Below, piece after piece: positions 61,067 to 64,000 of a stretch of DNA of 64,000 nucleotides. The position numbers and the translations under genes were made by a program. Source of the DNA: Candidatus Latescibacterota bacterium (GTDB lineage Bacteria > Latescibacterota > UBA2968 > UBA8231). The notes beneath the pieces are model-generated. The model was given only the letters and a program-made list of their open reading frames with translations, was not told the origin of the DNA and ran no database searches. The DNA lies in NCBI GenBank assembly GCA_965206595.1, contig OZ242214.1, positions 5,568,001 to 5,632,000 on the forward strand. Reading direction: 5' to 3'. Numbering within the stretch: position 1 is the stretch's first letter; every line of letters begins with the position of its first letter.

Positions 61067-62011
61067 CTATCTGCTTTGCAGTACCGGCAGCAGATAGGCG
61101 AGGAGGACGCTGACTACCAGGCCGGCGGTGATTTTTCCGAAGTCGGTCAGCACCAGCCGGGACACCTCTTGACGGCTGCGGTGCTTCTCGTTCCAGGCGA
61201 TGGCGATCTCGCGCCCTGCGAGGAGGCCGACGAAGACCCAGGTCGTGCTCATCGGAAGGTGGCTCACCTCCTTGAACAGGAACAGCACGATGCCGTAGAT
61301 CAGGTCGACGAAGGTCGCCGAGCGGATGTCGGTGGTGTTCGTCTTCGTCAGCACCACTTTCTGTATGGCGCCGCCGTGGGTGTAAAGGATGATGGCGAGC
61401 AAGGCCAGCATGACGACGATGCTTGCCGTGAACCATCCCGCGGACAGTTCGCGCGGCAGGAAAACATAGATGTTCGCCAAGTCCTGTATCAGCCACTGGC
61501 TCCAGAGGAAACCGGTCGAACACCACTGAGCCACAATCCACCAAGGGCTCGTCGGCCCCTCCGTCCGGTTGAAGCGGGACTCAAGACCTCGGGTGACCAG
61601 TCTGTAAATGAGAATAGCGGCCACGAAGGCGGTCGCGTACCCCGACAACGACTTGATCAGCATGCTCGGCAGCGCCTTGGGGGCGAAGATCGTCAGGGTC
61701 AAGAAGGTGGTGCTGACCGGGATGCCCCGGCGGGTCAGCAAGAGCAGAACGAAAGGCGGGACGCAGTAAATCCAGCTGAAGTGCTCCGGCACCGGGATCG
61801 TCTGCAGCCTGCCGTAGGAGACATCGCCGTGAGCCATCCACCCATACACGAGGATCACTGTCAGGATGCTGCCGGCAAAGAGCCAGAGCACCCACCACGG
61901 ACGGTGGTCGTTGGAACTGAGAAAGGTCCCCAGCGTCTGGATGGCGTCGTTGCCGACGATGGAATACGCGCCGAGCAAGAAGCCGATGACCATCAGGGCT
62001 TCCTGGGTCAT
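61067..62011 (-). CDS. Membrane protein, PiT/PHO4-like phosphate transporter family
   Basis: GNDAIQ, GIPVSTT and LPMSTT repeated motifs; multiple TM helices. Confidence 0.6.
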   Translation of the reverse strand: MTQEALMVIGFLLGAYSIVGNDAIQTLGTFLSSNDHRPWWVLWLFAGSILTVILVYGWMAHGDVSYGRLQTIPVPEHFSWIYCVPPFVLLLLTRRGIPVSTTFLTLTIFAPKALPSMLIKSLSGYATAFVAAILIYRLVTRGLESRFNRTEGPTSPWWIVAQWCSTGFLWSQWLIQDLANIYVFLPRELSAGWFTASIVVMLALLAIILYTHGGAIQKVVLTKTNTTDIRSATFVDLIYGIVLFLFKEVSHLPMSTTWVFVGLLAGREIAIAWNEKHRSRQEVSRLVLTDFGKITAGLVVSVLLAYLLPVLQSR

Positions 62012-62079
62012 TTACAATCCTTTCCGGGAGGTTCGGACGACACTCCCAATAGATGCCGTTTTTTCGAACAGGTTCGAAA

Positions 62080-62760
62080 ATGGCACCTCATTCCGTACGG
62101 CGCCATCTACGCGTTGAAATCGAGGCTTACGACAGGACCATCCGCGCTTTCATCCCCGCTTACGAGGAGATGCTCGAAAGGACCGCGGAGGCCGTTGCCG
62201 AGGCGGGACCGGGAACGGTGACCGACCTCGGCGCCGGCACGGGCGCCCTGGCGCAGGCGGTGTTGCGGAGATGCGAGGGAGCGAGGGTCCTCCTGATCGA
62301 CGCCGATCCCGAGATGCTCGCCCAGGCGCAGGTGCGGCTGGCCCCTTTTGCCGCCCGGGTGCAGTACGCCGAGCGCCCTTTCCAGGGCCCGCTGCCGCCC
62401 TGCGACCTCGCGGTCGCTTCCCTGGCGCTGCACCACGTTTCCACCCTGGCCGAGAAACGGAAGATCCTCGGCGCGATTCACGCCGCGCTGCCGCCGCGCG
62501 GGGTTTTCGTGAACGCGGATGTGACCATTCCTGCCGAGCCGTCGGCTCGCCGGGCGGAATACGAGGCCTGGGCCGCCCACCTCGTCTCCTGCGGCATCGA
62601 GAAGGAGCAGGCGTACCAACACTTCCGGGAGTGGTCCGGCGAGGACACCTACTTCCCGCTGGAGGAGGAGCTGGCCGCCCTGGACGAGGCCGGCTTCGAG
62701 GCCGCCTGCCTGTGGCGGGTGGTGCCGCTGGCGGTGGTGAGGGCCGTCAAGCGGCCTTAG
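62080..62760 (+). CDS. Class I SAM-dependent methyltransferase
   Basis: DLGAGTG, SLALHH, GVFVNAD. Confidence 0.88.
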   Translation: MAPHSVRRHLRVEIEAYDRTIRAFIPAYEEMLERTAEAVAEAGPGTVTDLGAGTGALAQAVLRRCEGARVLLIDADPEMLAQAQVRLAPFAARVQYAERPFQGPLPPCDLAVASLALHHVSTLAEKRKILGAIHAALPPRGVFVNADVTIPAEPSARRAEYEAWAAHLVSCGIEKEQAYQHFREWSGEDTYFPLEEELAALDEAGFEAACLWRVVPLAVVRAVKRP

Positions 62761-63728
62761 GGCCGCGACACCACCACGAAGCCCACCGAATCGACCGACG
62801 CCGAGGCGAAGAAGCCCATCCCTCCCTCCACCGGGAAGAGGGGCCGCTCGAAATTGTCTCCCGCCAGGCCGCCGGCCCATCCCCCCTGCTCCTGCTGGTC
62901 GGCGCTAGTGCGGGCGTAATCGAACCAGTTGCGGTCCAGCGCAAAGACCTTCACGATGGAGCGCCCGGTGTAGTACACGGCGAACCACGGCCAGCGCAGG
63001 ATCCCCTCCCGGACCGCCAGAGGAGGCGACTGGTTCCTGCTCGGGTCCTCGTCCTCATCGTAGAACTGTTCCAGCTCCTCGTCGACGACGGCCGGGCTCT
63101 CGTCCAGGGAGAAGATCGCCGCCTGGTAGGCCTCCGCCTCCACCGCCTCCAGGTGGATCTCGAGCAGTCCTTCCGGGTAGAGAAGCTGGTTCTCCGGCGC
63201 ATCGTACACCCCGTTCCCGGCCTCGGCAAAGGACTTGAGGGTTTGCAGGATCTCGCCGGTCTCCCAGTCGAGGAGCACCGCCCGCCGCACCCGCAGCCTG
63301 CCGGGCGTGGTCGTGCGCCCCCCCACGCGCTGCCCTCCCACCTCGACTTCGAGCTGATACTCGGTCCGGGGTTCGACCCGGGGCGGGTCCGGCGGCGGCA
63401 GGTAGCGGCCGGGGTCGTCAGGATCGGCGGCGTACTCGAAGACCCGGTCGCCCTGGAGGATGCGGACCCGGGCGTCGGACACTCCCGCCGCCTCGCGGTC
63501 GTAAGGGCGGTCGGGGGCCAGGCTGCGCCGCACGAACAGGTCGGGCAGGGTCTGGTCGACCAGCAGCACGGCGTCGACCACCAGCTCGCTGTCCTCCTCC
63601 GCCGAGCCGAAGAGACTCCCCGGCTGGCGCTCGGCGGAGCACGCCGCCAGGCACAGAAGAAGCAGGAGGCAGAGCCCGGCGGGCGTTATCGGCCTGCCGA
63701 GCCGTGACGAGAAGGATTCAGGGGTCAT
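62757..63728 (-). CDS. DUF4249-like lipoprotein
   Basis: Lipobox LAAC; LVVDAVL, VSDARV, VEGGMGFFAS; downstream of a TonB receptor. Confidence 0.7.
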   Translation of the reverse strand: MTPESFSSRLGRPITPAGLCLLLLLCLAACSAERQPGSLFGSAEEDSELVVDAVLLVDQTLPDLFVRRSLAPDRPYDREAAGVSDARVRILQGDRVFEYAADPDDPGRYLPPPDPPRVEPRTEYQLEVEVGGQRVGGRTTTPGRLRVRRAVLLDWETGEILQTLKSFAEAGNGVYDAPENQLLYPEGLLEIHLEAVEAEAYQAAIFSLDESPAVVDEELEQFYDEDEDPSRNQSPPLAVREGILRWPWFAVYYTGRSIVKVFALDRNWFDYARTSADQQEQGGWAGGLAGDNFERPLFPVEGGMGFFASASVDSVGFVVVSRP

Positions 63729-63740
63729 CGGTCGATCCGC

Positions 63741-64000
63741 TCAGAAGACGAAGTTGAGGCCCAGGGTCGGCACGATGGGCAGCTGCTTGACCACTTCCGC
63801 CTTGGTCTCGGACTCGCTGGTGTCGTACAGCACAAACCACTCGTTGCGCCGGCTGTAGAGGTTGAAGACCTGCAGGTAGAGCTCGGATTCCAGGCCCAGC
63901 AGCATCAGGTCGCGGGTGGCGCTGACGTCGAGGCGGTGGTAGGGCAGCAGGCGGGCGCTGTTGCGCCGGGACGGCAGGACGTAGTCATGCACGACCCCGG
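63741..64000 (-). CDS. TonB-dependent receptor, C-terminal end (5' part outside window)
   Basis: RNSARL.PYHRLD, VFNLYSRRN, LPIVPTLGLNFVF. Confidence 0.8.
   Translation of the reverse strand, partial: GVVHDYVLPSRRNSARLLPYHRLDVSATRDLMLLGLESELYLQVFNLYSRRNEWFVLYDTSESETKAEVVKQLPIVPTLGLNFVF

Overview
High-GC diderm bacterial chromosome. Gene content and protein style (TWGxIK C-terminal motif, FlgD-like C-termini, many PhyH and desaturase paralogues) suggest a Latescibacterota/Gemmatimonadota-like FCB-related lineage, though this is inference. 1-16 kb is housekeeping: ftsK (partial), lolA, S8 protease, prfB with a programmed +1 frameshift, lolC/E-lolD, mcsA-mcsB-clpC, bamA-skp-fabZ and pyrB. 16-33 kb is mixed core and metabolic genes, including rpsU with a long GGYGSGSG repeat tail, rnd, proA, htpG and ddl. 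32-36 kb is a TPP-riboswitch thiamine uptake/activation locus. 36-51 kb is an accessory catabolic region with a TonB receptor, lactonase, PhyH dioxygenases and two desaturase paralogues. 51-53.5 kb is modABC with a candidate Moco-like leader. About 53.6-57.3 kb is a lower-GC islet: a secreted defensin-like Cys-rich peptide, a terminator, a secreted protein split by an IS3-like element, and a TolB-like gene truncated by a 17-bp duplication. 57-64 kb holds transporters and surface proteins. Several frameshifts and deletions indicate gene decay or assembly errors. No tRNA, rRNA or CRISPR array was recognised.
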